A stretch of DNA of 64,000 bases. Source: an uncultured Chlamydiales bacterium. Its GTDB lineage: Bacteria > Chlamydiota > Chlamydiia > Chlamydiales > Rhabdochlamydiaceae. Shown here one piece after another: positions 39,090 to 49,334 of the stretch (positions are counted from its first letter, which is position 1; the number at the start of each line of letters is the position of its first letter). Both the position numbers and the translations under genes were made by a program. The notes beneath the pieces were generated by a model, which worked only from the letters and a program-made list of their open reading frames with translations, ran no database searches and was not told the DNA's origin. The DNA lies in NCBI GenBank assembly GCA_963700985.1, contig OY969554.1, positions 544,001-608,000 of the forward strand, in the 5' to 3' direction.

Positions 39090-39700
39090 CTTTCCTCATC
39101 TAAAGAATACTTGCTTGCAAATCGAGGGTTTTCCTTTGGAGTCTGAATGGCAGGCTTTTTCTCCTCAGCTGGCACATACTTATTAGAAAACCGCGAGCCA
39201 TCGCGCTTTTGCACTTTAGTAACCGGCTTATGCTTCGCTTTAACTTGGCCTGCCTGTGGTTCTGCGCGGGCTGTTTGCTTAGCTTGTGGAATTGGAGCTT
39301 GGACAGTCTGTGACGGCTTAGTTTTCAACCCGGGCCGAGGCTGAGTGGGCTTTATGCTTGGAGTAGAGCCTTTTGGCGTAGCTTGAGCTTTGCGTTTATC
39401 GTGGTTCTTTTGTTTCTTCTGTTTCTCTTTTTCCTTCTCGCGCCGTTGTCTTTCCTTCTCTTTCTCTTTTTTCGCTTTTTCCTTGTCTTTCTGCTTCTGC
39501 TTATCCGACTTTTTCGAAGCAGCTATTTCACCCGCCGCTATCTCGGACATCTCTTCTTCTTCGTAAACAGGCTCTGCCACGGGAGCACTAGCGTGAGCCG
39601 TTTTAGGTTGAAAGTAAGGAATCTGATCTAGATCAAACTCTTCGCTTTCAGCATGAGCCAGCAGAGGAACTAGAGAAATCAGCAAATAGTACCACTTCAT
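39086..39700 (-). CDS. Exported hypothetical protein, Lys/Glu-rich low complexity
   Basis: Signal peptide MKWYYLLISLVPLLAHA; GGAG RBS; KEKEK tract. Confidence 0.7.
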   Translation of the reverse strand: MKWYYLLISLVPLLAHAESEEFDLDQIPYFQPKTAHASAPVAEPVYEEEEMSEIAAGEIAASKKSDKQKQKDKEKAKKEKEKERQRREKEKEKQKKQKNHDKRKAQATPKGSTPSIKPTQPRPGLKTKPSQTVQAPIPQAKQTARAEPQAGQVKAKHKPVTKVQKRDGSRFSNKYVPAEEKKPAIQTPKENPRFASKYSLDEES

Positions 39701-39822
39701 AAAAACTCCATCTTTTAACTCACCTTACAACATAAACAATTATTTTTAAACCCTTCTTGTATTAATCATGCACATAGACACCTGCTACTAGTTATAGAGT
39801 ATTTGAAGTTGTGAGAAGATAT

Positions 39823-39938
39823 CAGGATACGCAAGATCGCCGTATGACACGGCGTAAAGATAGGTAGGATGAGAGAGGAGATATCCTATCTTGCATATCC
39901 TCTCGCCGCAGATGCGGCGATCCTTCATATCTTGTAAT
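39823..39938. repeat. CAGGAT/ATCCTG palindromic intergenic element
   Basis: CAGGAT-ACG-CAAGAT, hairpin CGCCGT/ACGGCG ... ATCTTGC-AT-ATCCT, hairpin TCGCCGCA/TGCGGCGA, ATCTTGTAAT. Confidence 0.7.
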
Positions 39939-40060
39939 TTTTTTCTGCTAGGGACGCTAACACAATATCTTGAGATTGGTCAAAATTATTTTTTTATGTT
40001 ATTCATACTTGTCCTTTTTCTCGAGCTGACATACAATTTCTAGAAAATTTGAGGTGAATT

Positions 40061-40219
40061 ATGGCTAAAGGCGGACGCGAACCGATTAAACTGAAAAGCA
40101 CAGAAAGCACAGATGTCTATTGGACAACTAAAAATAAGCGCAATACTACTGAGCGAATTGAGCGAAAAAAGTATGACAAGAAGCTCAAGCGTCATGTGAT
40201 CTTCAAAGAAGCGAAGTAG
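40061..40219 (+). CDS. rpmG: 50S ribosomal protein L33 (Cys-free type)
   Basis: Hand translation [61 protein letters not shown]; missed by ORF track. Confidence 0.95.
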   Translation: MAKGGREPIKLKSTESTDVYWTTKNKRNTTERIERKKYDKKLKRHVIFKEAK

Positions 40220-40232
40220 AGCCCACTTAAGA

Positions 40233-41786
40233 TTGTTTGAACTCTCAGTTGCGCGTAAATATCTCATTCCCAGAAGAAAGCAGCTCTCAGCCTCGCTGAT
40301 CGCGCTGCTTTCTGTCTTTGTAATCTCTCTCGTCGTATGGCTGCTCTTAGTGTTTTTATCTGTCATGGACGGCATTGAACGCCGATGGATGGATAAACTC
40401 ACCGCACTTCACGCGCCTTTGCGTATCACACCTACCCCCGCTTATTATGCTTCCTACTACCATCAGATCGATGGCTTAAGCGCAGCTTCGGGCTTTGCGC
40501 TAAAAACGATTGGAGAGAAAGCTAAAGCGCCGCTTTCTGATCCCTATGCTCCGGATGAAGATCAAGAGCTTCCTACCAATATCCCCACGCGTGACCTACT
40601 TAAAAATGGCTCTCTGAAAGATCCGGTTAAACTCGCCTTTGGGGCTCTGGAAAAACTCAAACAGGCGCGTTCCGACCTGGTTTTTCAAGATTTTGAAATG
40701 AGCGGCGGCCTGCTTCGTTTAGAGATGATTCGGCCTGATGAAGTACGCAAAAATGAGCGTACACACTCCCATCTCACTCAAGTCTCTTACTTGGCCTCTT
40801 TTCCTGAAAAAAACCCCTTTCTGAGCAATCTGCTGCTCTCTCCGTCGAAGGCAGATCTTAACCAACTTCAATTTTTACGCGATCCTCAGTTAAAACATTA
40901 CGATCAAGCCGCGCGCGCGCTGCCTTCACATCCGCGCTTGGGCTCGGGCATTCTGCTGCCTAAAAGCTTTCAAGATAATGGCGTGCTGATTGGCGATCGT
41001 GGATACGTTTCGTATGCCGCATCTACGACGAGCTCAGTGCAAGAGCAGCGCCTGCCGATCTACATATCTGGCTTCTATGATCCTGGCTTAATGGCCGTTG
41101 GCAATCGCTGTATGTTGGCGCCCTCTTCAGTTGTGCGCGCAATCCACTTCTCTCAAGGTGCTTATACTCTAGACCGTTCACAATCCAATGGGATTCAAGT
41201 TTGGCTTAACGATAGCAGTGAAGCGGGTGCTGTAAAAAAAGAGCTCCAAACTGCCTTTCAAGAAGCTGGCATCGAGCGCTATTGGAAAATTACGACCTTT
41301 CGCGAATATGACTTTGCAAAAGAGCTACTCCAACAATTTCAGAGCGACAAGTATCTCTTCACGCTTATTGGTGCCATTATTCTAGTAGTTGCCTGCTGCA
41401 ACATTATCTCCCTGCTTGTGCTGCTGGTTAATGACAAAAAGCGCGAAATTGGCATTCTTCAAGCGATGGGAGCAAGCGGACGCAGCATTGCAGGCATTTT
41501 TGCCCTGTGTGGCGGCGCGCTCGGCACGCTTAGCTGCCTGGTGGGAACGCTTGCGGCGGTATTTACTCTGCAGCACATAGATGCGCTTGTGCAACTCCTA
41601 AGCTTTTTACAAGGCCATGAAGCCTTTAGCGCGACCTTTTACGGCAAGACACTGCCTCATACGCTGAGCTCGCACGCCCTGCTTTTTGTGCTCATCGCCA
41701 CTCCGCTGATCTCGCTGCTCGCAGGGCTAGTTCCAGCCATCAAAGCCAGCCGCTTAAGACCATCTGAAATTTTGAGGGCCGAATGA
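40233..41786 (+). CDS. LolC/E-type (FtsX-like) ABC permease
   Basis: N-terminal TM ending SVMDG, large periplasmic domain, [31 protein letters not shown]. Confidence 0.88.
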   Translation: MFELSVARKYLIPRRKQLSASLIALLSVFVISLVVWLLLVFLSVMDGIERRWMDKLTALHAPLRITPTPAYYASYYHQIDGLSAASGFALKTIGEKAKAPLSDPYAPDEDQELPTNIPTRDLLKNGSLKDPVKLAFGALEKLKQARSDLVFQDFEMSGGLLRLEMIRPDEVRKNERTHSHLTQVSYLASFPEKNPFLSNLLLSPSKADLNQLQFLRDPQLKHYDQAARALPSHPRLGSGILLPKSFQDNGVLIGDRGYVSYAASTTSSVQEQRLPIYISGFYDPGLMAVGNRCMLAPSSVVRAIHFSQGAYTLDRSQSNGIQVWLNDSSEAGAVKKELQTAFQEAGIERYWKITTFREYDFAKELLQQFQSDKYLFTLIGAIILVVACCNIISLLVLLVNDKKREIGILQAMGASGRSIAGIFALCGGALGTLSCLVGTLAAVFTLQHIDALVQLLSFLQGHEAFSATFYGKTLPHTLSSHALLFVLIATPLISLLAGLVPAIKASRLRPSEILRAE

Positions 41787-42496
41787 CTCATAAAATGACT
41801 CACCCTCAACTGCTGCTTAAGGCCCAAGATCTGCATAAATCTTTTACACAACCTACCACGCTCAACGTCCTAAGAGGCCTTTCTCTTGAAGTATATGCCG
41901 GCGAAAAGATCGCCATTATGGGAAAATCGGGCGAAGGCAAGAGCACTTTACTCCATATTCTAGGCAGCTTAGAAAAGCCCTCACGCGGCGCGCTTGAACT
42001 CTGCGGAAAACCCTATGCAGAAAGCGACCTTGCTAACTTGCGTTGCGATCAGATCGGCTTTGTTTTTCAAGCCTTCAACCTCTTGGAGGAGTATAGCACG
42101 CTTGAAAATGTGCTAATGCCTGCCAAGATCGCCCGCAAACCTGTAGGCAAAGGCTCGCCCGCTTATGAGCGAGCCCTCATGCTCTTAGATTGGGTAGGCC
42201 TCTCCCCGCGCGCGCACTTCCCTGCCAAACTCCTCTCCGGAGGAGAAAAACAGCGTGCTGCGATTGCCCGTGCGCTTATGAATGATCCTGCGCTTCTTTT
42301 AGCAGATGAACCTTCAGGTAACCTCGACTCTTCCACCTCACAAGCCATCTACGAGCTTCTGCTTAGCTGCACCGACAGCAAACAGAAGGCTTTAATCGTG
42401 GTCACCCACGATCAAGAGCTAGCCTCTCTTTGCGATCGCACGCTTATCCTAAAAGATGGCGTTTTATCTCCTCAGACCTCTAAAATGAGTTTCTAA
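41783..42496 (+). CDS. lolD: Lipoprotein-releasing ABC transporter ATP-binding protein
   Basis: [47 protein letters not shown]. Confidence 0.88.
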   Translation: MTHKMTHPQLLLKAQDLHKSFTQPTTLNVLRGLSLEVYAGEKIAIMGKSGEGKSTLLHILGSLEKPSRGALELCGKPYAESDLANLRCDQIGFVFQAFNLLEEYSTLENVLMPAKIARKPVGKGSPAYERALMLLDWVGLSPRAHFPAKLLSGGEKQRAAIARALMNDPALLLADEPSGNLDSSTSQAIYELLLSCTDSKQKALIVVTHDQELASLCDRTLILKDGVLSPQTSKMSF

Positions 42497-42520
42497 TTAA
42501 TTAATAAATTTGGGTGAAGG

Positions 42521-43882
42521 ATGCAGCTCCTCATCGTCGGCACAGGATATGTCGGCCTAGTAACCGGTGCGTGTTTTGCCGAAATGGGCCATCAAGTGAT
42601 CTGTCTGGATATCGACCAGACAAAGATCGATAAACTCAAAAGCGGCATCATTCCGATTTTTGAACCAGGACTGCTTGAACTCGTGCAGCGCAATCAGGCT
42701 GCCGGCAGGCTTATTTTCACGACCAACTATGCCGAAGCGGTGGCAGCAAGCTCCGTCTGCTTTATCGCAGTGCCTACCCCTTCAAAATCTGATGGTTCTT
42801 GCGACATCACTTATATTTTGGATGCGGTATCAGAAGTTGCTACGCATATGCAAAATTATATGTTGATCGTGACTAAATCCACGGCTCCTGTAGGCACGGG
42901 TTTACAGATAAAAAACCGCGTCGCTCAAGTTTTGCAAACGCGAAATTCCAACTTTTCCTTCGACGTAGTCTCAAATCCAGAATTCCTCAAAGAGGGCTCA
43001 GCGGTGGCCGACTGCATGAAGCCTGATCGAATTATCTTGGGAGTCGAGAGTGTTGAAGCTGAAAAGATCATGCGTGAAATCTACGCTGCCTTTACTTGGA
43101 GTCACGATCGCATCATCACCATGGACTTGCTTTCGGCTGAAATGACCAAGTATGCCGCGAATGCCATGCTCGCAACACGTATCTCTTTTATGAACGAGCT
43201 TGCACGTGTTTGTGAAAATATCGGTGCAAATATTCATTCGGTGCGCGTGGGAATTGGTTCTGATGCACGCATCGGCTATCAGTTTCTTTATGCAGGTATT
43301 GGATACGGCGGCTCATGCTTTCCTAAAGATCTGCGTGCACTTCTCGCTATTGGGCGTGAGGCCGGGTGTTCAATGCAACTCATCGATGCAGTGGAACGGA
43401 TTAACGAAGAACAGAAGCGTCTTCTCGGAGAAAAAATCGCCCACTATTTTTCCGAGCTGGGCGGGCTAAAAGGCAAAACAATTGCGATTTGGGGGCTCTC
43501 CTTTAAACCTGATACCGATGATATCCGCGAAGCTCCCTCGCTTGTGCTAATCGAACAACTGAAACAAGCTGGCGCCAAACTCAGGCTTTACGATCCTGTG
43601 GCAATGCCGGCCGCTAAACTCGCTATAAAAGATCAGACAAACATCTTCTGGTGTGCGGATGAATATGAAGCTGCACTTGAAGCGGATGCGATCGCTCTTG
43701 TAACTGAATGGAAACAGTTGCGCGTGGTCGATTTTGAGTTACTTTTGAGCAAGATGCGTGGTATGGCTTTTTTTGATGGGCGTAATCAATACAAAGCGCA
43801 TGAGATGCTCGAAAGAGGCTTTGATTATTTCGGCATCGGTGTACCTCAACCTTTGGTAAATCATGAATTGGCTTCAATTTGA
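42521..43882 (+). CDS. ugd: UDP-glucose 6-dehydrogenase
   Basis: GTGYVGL, SNPEFLKEGSA, GYGGSCFPKD, FKPDTDDIREAP, DGRN. Confidence 0.96.
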   Translation: MQLLIVGTGYVGLVTGACFAEMGHQVICLDIDQTKIDKLKSGIIPIFEPGLLELVQRNQAAGRLIFTTNYAEAVAASSVCFIAVPTPSKSDGSCDITYILDAVSEVATHMQNYMLIVTKSTAPVGTGLQIKNRVAQVLQTRNSNFSFDVVSNPEFLKEGSAVADCMKPDRIILGVESVEAEKIMREIYAAFTWSHDRIITMDLLSAEMTKYAANAMLATRISFMNELARVCENIGANIHSVRVGIGSDARIGYQFLYAGIGYGGSCFPKDLRALLAIGREAGCSMQLIDAVERINEEQKRLLGEKIAHYFSELGGLKGKTIAIWGLSFKPDTDDIREAPSLVLIEQLKQAGAKLRLYDPVAMPAAKLAIKDQTNIFWCADEYEAALEADAIALVTEWKQLRVVDFELLLSKMRGMAFFDGRNQYKAHEMLERGFDYFGIGVPQPLVNHELASI

Positions 43883-44708
43883 GGATTTAAAAGAGGCCTT
43901 AGACCAAAGGCTGAGAGAACTTGTTTCTAAGCCACCACACGCCCTTTTGAATCCACTTTTCGATGCTGCTCGCTATACTCTTCTCTCATCTGGAAAACGC
44001 CTTCGTCCGCTTCTCACGCTGATTACAGCTCAAATCTATCATGTGCCTTTGGAAGCAGCTCTAACGCCTGCCTGCGCATTAGAGCTAATTCACACCTACT
44101 CTCTTATTCATGATGACCTTCCCTGCATGGACAATGATGATCTAAGACGCGGGAAACCGACGCTACACAAGGCCTATAATGAAGGCCACGCGCTGCTCAC
44201 TGGCGATTTTCTGCTAACCTATGCATTTGAAGTCTTAAGCCAAGCGCCCGCGCTTTCTGCCGAGATTAAGCTTTCGTTGATAGCCACTTTAGCTGAATAT
44301 GCAGGGGCAAATGGCATGATAGGTGGACAACTAATCGATCTTTCTTCCCAAGATAGAGCGCTGGATCTAGAAACGCTTATTTTGATGCATCATAAAAAAA
44401 CAGCAGCACTATTTAGTGCGGCACTTACCTTCGGTGGTTTGCTTGGCAAGGCAGCACCTGGCGATTTTCTTCTTCTTAAGCAGATTGGCGAGAACTTAGG
44501 CTGCGCGTTTCAGATTTTTGATGACCTTGAAGATGCGGGAGATGGAGCTAGCTCTTGTTTACAACTTCTCACACCTCAAAGTGCAGAAAAGCTGGCTGAA
44601 GAGAAATTCGCTCTAGTAGACCGAGATCTCTCTGCCCTATCTAAACCGGCAGATCCACTAAAGCATTTTGTTTATGCCATGCATAAGCAGTTTCAACAAT
44701 CGTCTTGA
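43863..44708 (+). CDS. ispA: Short-chain polyprenyl (farnesyl/geranylgeranyl) diphosphate synthase
   Basis: GKRLRP, HTYSLIHDDLPCMDNDDLRRGKPT, GQLID, KTAALF, FQIFDDLED. Confidence 0.88.
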   Translation: MNWLQFEDLKEALDQRLRELVSKPPHALLNPLFDAARYTLLSSGKRLRPLLTLITAQIYHVPLEAALTPACALELIHTYSLIHDDLPCMDNDDLRRGKPTLHKAYNEGHALLTGDFLLTYAFEVLSQAPALSAEIKLSLIATLAEYAGANGMIGGQLIDLSSQDRALDLETLILMHHKKTAALFSAALTFGGLLGKAAPGDFLLLKQIGENLGCAFQIFDDLEDAGDGASSCLQLLTPQSAEKLAEEKFALVDRDLSALSKPADPLKHFVYAMHKQFQQSS

Positions 44709-45645
44709 GCGCTGAATAGCGCGGAGTCCACTGCAAAAGCTCACGAGCTCGAGTTGCATCAGCCACTAAGATAGAGGGATCTTCAGCAAAACGCGGCCCC
44801 TCTTGGATCGCAATGGTGCAGCCAGTGACCTCTTCGACGGCCTGGATGATTTGGCGCACAGAAAAACCAGCACCTGCACCTAGATTCAGCGTCAAATTCT
44901 GTTTGTTTTGAAAGATCCATAAGAGCGCTTTAAGATGTGCTTCAGCTAGATCGGTTACATGGATGTAATCGCGAATTGCGGTGCCATCTTCAGTGGGAAA
45001 GTTCAACCCATTAATTTTAAGAATAGATCCAGAGGCCTGGCCGCTTTGCATAGCAGCTTTAATCGCAAGTGGAATGAGGTGAGTTTCAGGATTGTGCACC
45101 TCGCCTATTTCAGCGTCGGGATCAGCACCTGCAGCATTGAAATAACGCAGCGTGGCAAAATTTAAGCCATACGCTGCATGTAGATCTTGCAGAATCTCTT
45201 CTGCCATAAGCTTCGACTTTCCATAAGGGTGTATCGGTAGCTTGGCATGTGTTTCGTCAATTGGCGTATAGATAGGCTGGCCATAGATAGCTGCGCTACT
45301 TGAAAACACGACGTGACGTACACTAGTTTCGCACACAGCCTCCAAGAGCTTAAGTGTGGCCGTTACATTATTCTCGTAATATAGAAAGGGATTTTTAATC
45401 GAATCTCGGACGTTAATGCTAGAGGCGAGATGCATGACAGCAAAAGGCTGAAATTCCTTTATAAGTTTTTTAATCCCCTCCTTATCTGCGATTTCTAACT
45501 GAACTAGAGGGCCCCACTTAACAGCCCACTTATTTCCTTGGCTTAAGTTATCCACAGTCACGGGAAGAAACCCGGCCTGCTTCAAAGTTTTGCAGACATG
45601 GCTGCCGATATAACCCGCACCGCCTGTGACTATCACGGTCTGCAT
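44641..45645 (-). CDS. galE: UDP-glucose 4-epimerase
   Basis: TGGAGYIGSH, FSSSAAIYG, YGKSK, LRYFNAAGA, DGTAIRDYIHV. Confidence 0.95.
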   Translation of the reverse strand: MQTVIVTGGAGYIGSHVCKTLKQAGFLPVTVDNLSQGNKWAVKWGPLVQLEIADKEGIKKLIKEFQPFAVMHLASSINVRDSIKNPFLYYENNVTATLKLLEAVCETSVRHVVFSSSAAIYGQPIYTPIDETHAKLPIHPYGKSKLMAEEILQDLHAAYGLNFATLRYFNAAGADPDAEIGEVHNPETHLIPLAIKAAMQSGQASGSILKINGLNFPTEDGTAIRDYIHVTDLAEAHLKALLWIFQNKQNLTLNLGAGAGFSVRQIIQAVEEVTGCTIAIQEGPRFAEDPSILVADATRARELLQWTPRYSALKTIVETAYAWHKQNALVDLPV

Positions 45646-45646
45646 T

Positions 45647-46252
45647 TTAAAAGGCCCCCTTTGAGAAAAACATAGAAGGGATCGTCTTTAGAATAAGTTT
45701 TAGATCATAGAAAAAAGATTGAGATTCAATGTAACTCTCTTCGAGATTCACGCGTTCTTCAAAAGTAATCAAGTTGCGCCCAGAAGTCTGCCAGAGCCCC
45801 GTAATTCCCGGACGCATTGAGAGGATTTTATCTGCTTTCTCACCATAAAACCGTTCGATCTCATCTGCTGTAACAGGACGCGGGCCCACCACACTTAAAT
45901 CTCCTTTTAAAACATTCCAAAACTGAGGAAGCTCATCGAGCGAAGTTCTACGCAAAAAGCCTCCAAATTCGGTAATACGCGGATCGTTTTGAAGTTTCCA
46001 AAAAGTTTCCCACTCTTTTTTAAGCTCGGGGCTATTCTCAAGCAACTCTTTAAGGCGGATATCGGCATCTTGAAACATTGTCCGAAATTTCCAGCATCTA
46101 AAAGGCTTTGCATCTTTTCCAATACGCCAAGAACCATAAAAAATCGGGCCTGGAGACGTGATCATTACGGCGAAGCCAATCATAAAATAGAGAGGCATTC
46201 CGATAATGAGAATGATGATGCTTAAAATAACATCGAAAAGGCGTTTACACAT
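45647..46252 (-). CDS. Monotopic phosphoglycosyl transferase (bacterial sugar transferase)
   Basis: KRLFD, KFRTM, DPRIT, SLDELPQFWNVLKGDLSVVGPRP, PGITGLWQ. Confidence 0.93.
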   Translation of the reverse strand: MCKRLFDVILSIIILIIGMPLYFMIGFAVMITSPGPIFYGSWRIGKDAKPFRCWKFRTMFQDADIRLKELLENSPELKKEWETFWKLQNDPRITEFGGFLRRTSLDELPQFWNVLKGDLSVVGPRPVTADEIERFYGEKADKILSMRPGITGLWQTSGRNLITFEERVNLEESYIESQSFFYDLKLILKTIPSMFFSKGAF

Positions 46253-46323
46253 TAGTCCCTAATAAGTTCATCGTGCATTATAGCTTTTTTGCATTTTATT
46301 GCGACGACCCTTACAGTATTTAC

Positions 46324-46833
46324 ATGGGCAAACAAGTATATCTATCTTTTATTTTGGCTTTATTGGTGGCGCTTTTTGGCAGCGCCTTCTTTCCTTCTAT
46401 TCGCCTATTTGCCTTCGCCCCTTTTTTAGCGCTGATTTTTATGCGCCAAACTTTGCTCCCATCCTTGTGGATAGCAGCGGGAGTTGGACTTTTAGTCGAC
46501 CTACTCTGTTCTCAAATGCGTTTTGGAACTTTTAGTTTAATCTACTGCCTAACAGCTCTTATCACTCATCATCAAAAGCGTAACTTCTTTGCTGATAAAC
46601 CCTTGGCGCTTTCTCTGTATACAGGCCTGATCTCGATCGTAGCCAGTTCACTTGAACTAGTATTCCTATATGCTTTTGATTCTCAGCTGCCTCTAACCGG
46701 AGTTATGATCGCAACCGATGTATGTGGGATGTCTGTTTTGGATGCGCTTTATGCCTTTGTATGTTTTACTTGCCCTATAAAGATTTATCACTATTTTCAA
46801 CGCCTGAGCCGCCCCATTAAAAATGATGAATAA
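46324..46833 (+). CDS. Membrane protein, MreD-like
   Basis: ~170 aa, ~5 TM; GVGLLVDLL...FG..SLIY pattern resembling MreD; ATG 46324. Confidence 0.55.
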   Translation: MGKQVYLSFILALLVALFGSAFFPSIRLFAFAPFLALIFMRQTLLPSLWIAAGVGLLVDLLCSQMRFGTFSLIYCLTALITHHQKRNFFADKPLALSLYTGLISIVASSLELVFLYAFDSQLPLTGVMIATDVCGMSVLDALYAFVCFTCPIKIYHYFQRLSRPIKNDE

Positions 46834-47632
46834 ATACTCTGCTCACGAGCCTTCTCGTTTATGCTTTGTGGCAATTCAGGCCGCGCTACGCGCGGGTGAA
46901 TTGCTCAAACAAGGGTTTAATACCGATTATAAAATCACATCAAAGCCCGGAAACCATAATCTCGTTACTGAATATGACTACGCAGCAGAAAAATGCATCA
47001 TCACGATGATTCGCGAGCAATTTCCAGATCACAACTTTTTAGCAGAAGAAGGCGGAGCCACCAAAGGCGCTTCCTCCTCTTCGATCACCTGGGTAATCGA
47101 TCCATTGGATGGAACTGTTAACTTTGCCCATCACATTCCATTTTTTTGCGTGAGCATCGCGGCTTGCCTAAATGAAGAAGTCTTGTGTGGTGTAGTCTAT
47201 CACCCCATCACAGAAGAACTCTTTATTGCCGAAAAAGGTCATGGCTCATTCTTAAATGGCTCACGCTTGCAGGTCTCTGCCACGCAAGATATCCAAAACG
47301 CAATTGTTGCTACGGGCTTTCCCTATAATCTGAGTGAAAATCCGCACCAGTGTATTGATGCTTTCTGCAAAATCGCACATCTTGGCATCCCTATCCGAAG
47401 GCTGGGTTCCGCCGCTCTCGATCTCTCTTATGTCGCTGCAGGGCGCTTCGATGCTTTTTGGGAGGTCGTTCTTCAACCATGGGATGTAGCTGCAGGTAAA
47501 CTCATCCTCGAAGAAGCAGGAGGAAAACTCACGCACTATAACGGAGAAAAACATCCCATTTACGTTTCTGATACAGTGCTTGCCACTAACGGCATCATCC
47601 ATGAAAAAATGATCTCCTTACTTAAAGCTTAA
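46823..47632 (+). CDS. suhB: Inositol monophosphatase family protein
   Basis: LVTEYD, AEE, WVIDPLDGTVNF, RRLGSAALDL, WDVAAG. Confidence 0.93.
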   Translation: MMNKYSAHEPSRLCFVAIQAALRAGELLKQGFNTDYKITSKPGNHNLVTEYDYAAEKCIITMIREQFPDHNFLAEEGGATKGASSSSITWVIDPLDGTVNFAHHIPFFCVSIAACLNEEVLCGVVYHPITEELFIAEKGHGSFLNGSRLQVSATQDIQNAIVATGFPYNLSENPHQCIDAFCKIAHLGIPIRRLGSAALDLSYVAAGRFDAFWEVVLQPWDVAAGKLILEEAGGKLTHYNGEKHPIYVSDTVLATNGIIHEKMISLLKA

Positions 47633-47634
47633 TC

Positions 47635-48492
47635 ATGATTATAGATGGCGCAAAAATTGCTGAAACCATTGAAACGCGCGTCGCGGAAGCGATTCGTCAC
47701 ACGCATCGCCCCCCAGGTCTTGCCTTCATTCTCGTTGGAGATAATCCCGCCTCGCAAACTTACATCCGCATGAAAAAAAAGAAGTGCCAAGAAGTGGGCA
47801 TTCTATCCATCGATCGCGAGTTTTCTGCTAACATTACCGAAGAGTTCCTCCTGCGTGAAATTGAACAGCTCAATGCTGATCCGCAAGTCGATGGGATTTT
47901 AGTGCAGCTTCCTCTTCCGGAACATATTTCCACGCCTAAGATCATGGAAAAAATTGATCCGACCAAAGATGTAGATGGCTTTAACCCCATCAACATTGGA
48001 AAGATGTTTTTAGGCGAGCTCGATGGTTTTCTTCCATGTACACCACATGGGATTCATGTTCTGCTCACCCACTCTGAGATCGAACTTGCGGGCAAACACG
48101 TGGTGATCTTAGGGCGCAGCAATATCGTCGGCAAGCCACTAGCTGCCATTTTAATGCAGAAAAATCAGTATTGTAATGCCACCGTTACCGTAGCGCATAG
48201 CCTATCTAAAAATCTGCCAGCTCTTTGCAAAAGCGCCGACATCCTTATCGCCGCAATTGGCAAACCCCTCTTTGTAACTAAAGACATGGTCAAAAAGGGC
48301 GCAGTAGTCATCGATGTGGGGATTAACCGCGTCAAAACCAAAGAGGGCAAGGTAAACATAGTCGGAGATGTAGACTTTGATGAAGTAGCGCCACTCTGCT
48401 CTTACATCACGCCCGTGCCAAAAGGTGTCGGACCCATGACAATCGCTATGCTTCTCTCTAATACGCTATTAAGTTACCAACGAAGAAGATAA
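47635..48492 (+). CDS. folD: Methylenetetrahydrofolate dehydrogenase/cyclohydrolase
   Basis: GILVQLPLP, KDVDG, PCTP, GRSNIVGKP, DVGIN, TPVPKGVGPMT. Confidence 0.97.
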   Translation: MIIDGAKIAETIETRVAEAIRHTHRPPGLAFILVGDNPASQTYIRMKKKKCQEVGILSIDREFSANITEEFLLREIEQLNADPQVDGILVQLPLPEHISTPKIMEKIDPTKDVDGFNPINIGKMFLGELDGFLPCTPHGIHVLLTHSEIELAGKHVVILGRSNIVGKPLAAILMQKNQYCNATVTVAHSLSKNLPALCKSADILIAAIGKPLFVTKDMVKKGAVVIDVGINRVKTKEGKVNIVGDVDFDEVAPLCSYITPVPKGVGPMTIAMLLSNTLLSYQRRR

Positions 48493-48494
48493 TT

Positions 48495-49319
48495 GTGAGA
48501 AGACCTCTCTTTCTGCTTACCCTCTTGTGTTCGGCGCTTTGCGCTGAAGACCCTTTTGAATGTACGATGCTGCAAGCGCTCGATGCTGGCGTTTTAATTC
48601 ATTACGACTCCTCGGAAGGGTTCTTAAGACACCGAGGAAAGCCCTTGCATGTCTTAAACGATCTAGATGGCCATCTAGCCCAAACGCCCTTTGTTTCTAT
48701 TGGATGCGTTCCTTTCAGCCGCGAGCTAATCTCACTAGATCCGCAAGAGTGCCCGCTAATCGAAAAAAAATACCAAGAACTTGTAGAGCAGCTCGCCCAG
48801 CAAGAATTAAATCTCGAAGTCATCCTCTGGATGACAATGAGCTTCGTCAAGCACGAAGTCTTTTCACATCACGCGAACTCAGATCATGAACTCGATCAAT
48901 TTTTGCAAACGTGGATTTTAAATCCCACGCGCACTCGCCAAGATTTTACACTTACCAAAGAGGGATTTCATTTCCCTATCATTTCTATTGAAGATTTTGC
49001 ACAGGCCAAAAAAGGCGTGTGCCGACACATCTCATTGGTGGTAGCCTATTTTTTGGATAAATTACAAAACGAGGAGAGCTTAAAGCAGCAGTTTCCTCGT
49101 GGACAGGCCTATGTGGTGCGTGATGCGATTCGATTGCGTAGCGGCACGCGATACCATGCCTGGAATCTTTTCTTAAGCGACGATAAAAAGCAGGCCTGGC
49201 ACATCGATGCTACCTGGGAAGTTTCAAAAAATATTTACTCTGATTCAGCATATCTCTACCGCCTTTATGGAGAAGAGGTTATAGAAAGAGAAAAAAATCG
49301 CTTTCTACCTGCAATCTGA
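48495..49319 (+). CDS. Exported transglutaminase-like (papain-fold) protein
   Basis: Signal peptide; Cys-His-Asp triad in GVCRH, HAWN, IDATW. Confidence 0.7.
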   Translation: MRRPLFLLTLLCSALCAEDPFECTMLQALDAGVLIHYDSSEGFLRHRGKPLHVLNDLDGHLAQTPFVSIGCVPFSRELISLDPQECPLIEKKYQELVEQLAQQELNLEVILWMTMSFVKHEVFSHHANSDHELDQFLQTWILNPTRTRQDFTLTKEGFHFPIISIEDFAQAKKGVCRHISLVVAYFLDKLQNEESLKQQFPRGQAYVVRDAIRLRSGTRYHAWNLFLSDDKKQAWHIDATWEVSKNIYSDSAYLYRLYGEEVIEREKNRFLPAI

Positions 49320-49334
49320 TATATCATAGAACTC

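Noticed and set aside
40040-40402. 120-aa minus-strand ORF
   Set aside because: Antisense shadow of rpmG and the lolC/E start
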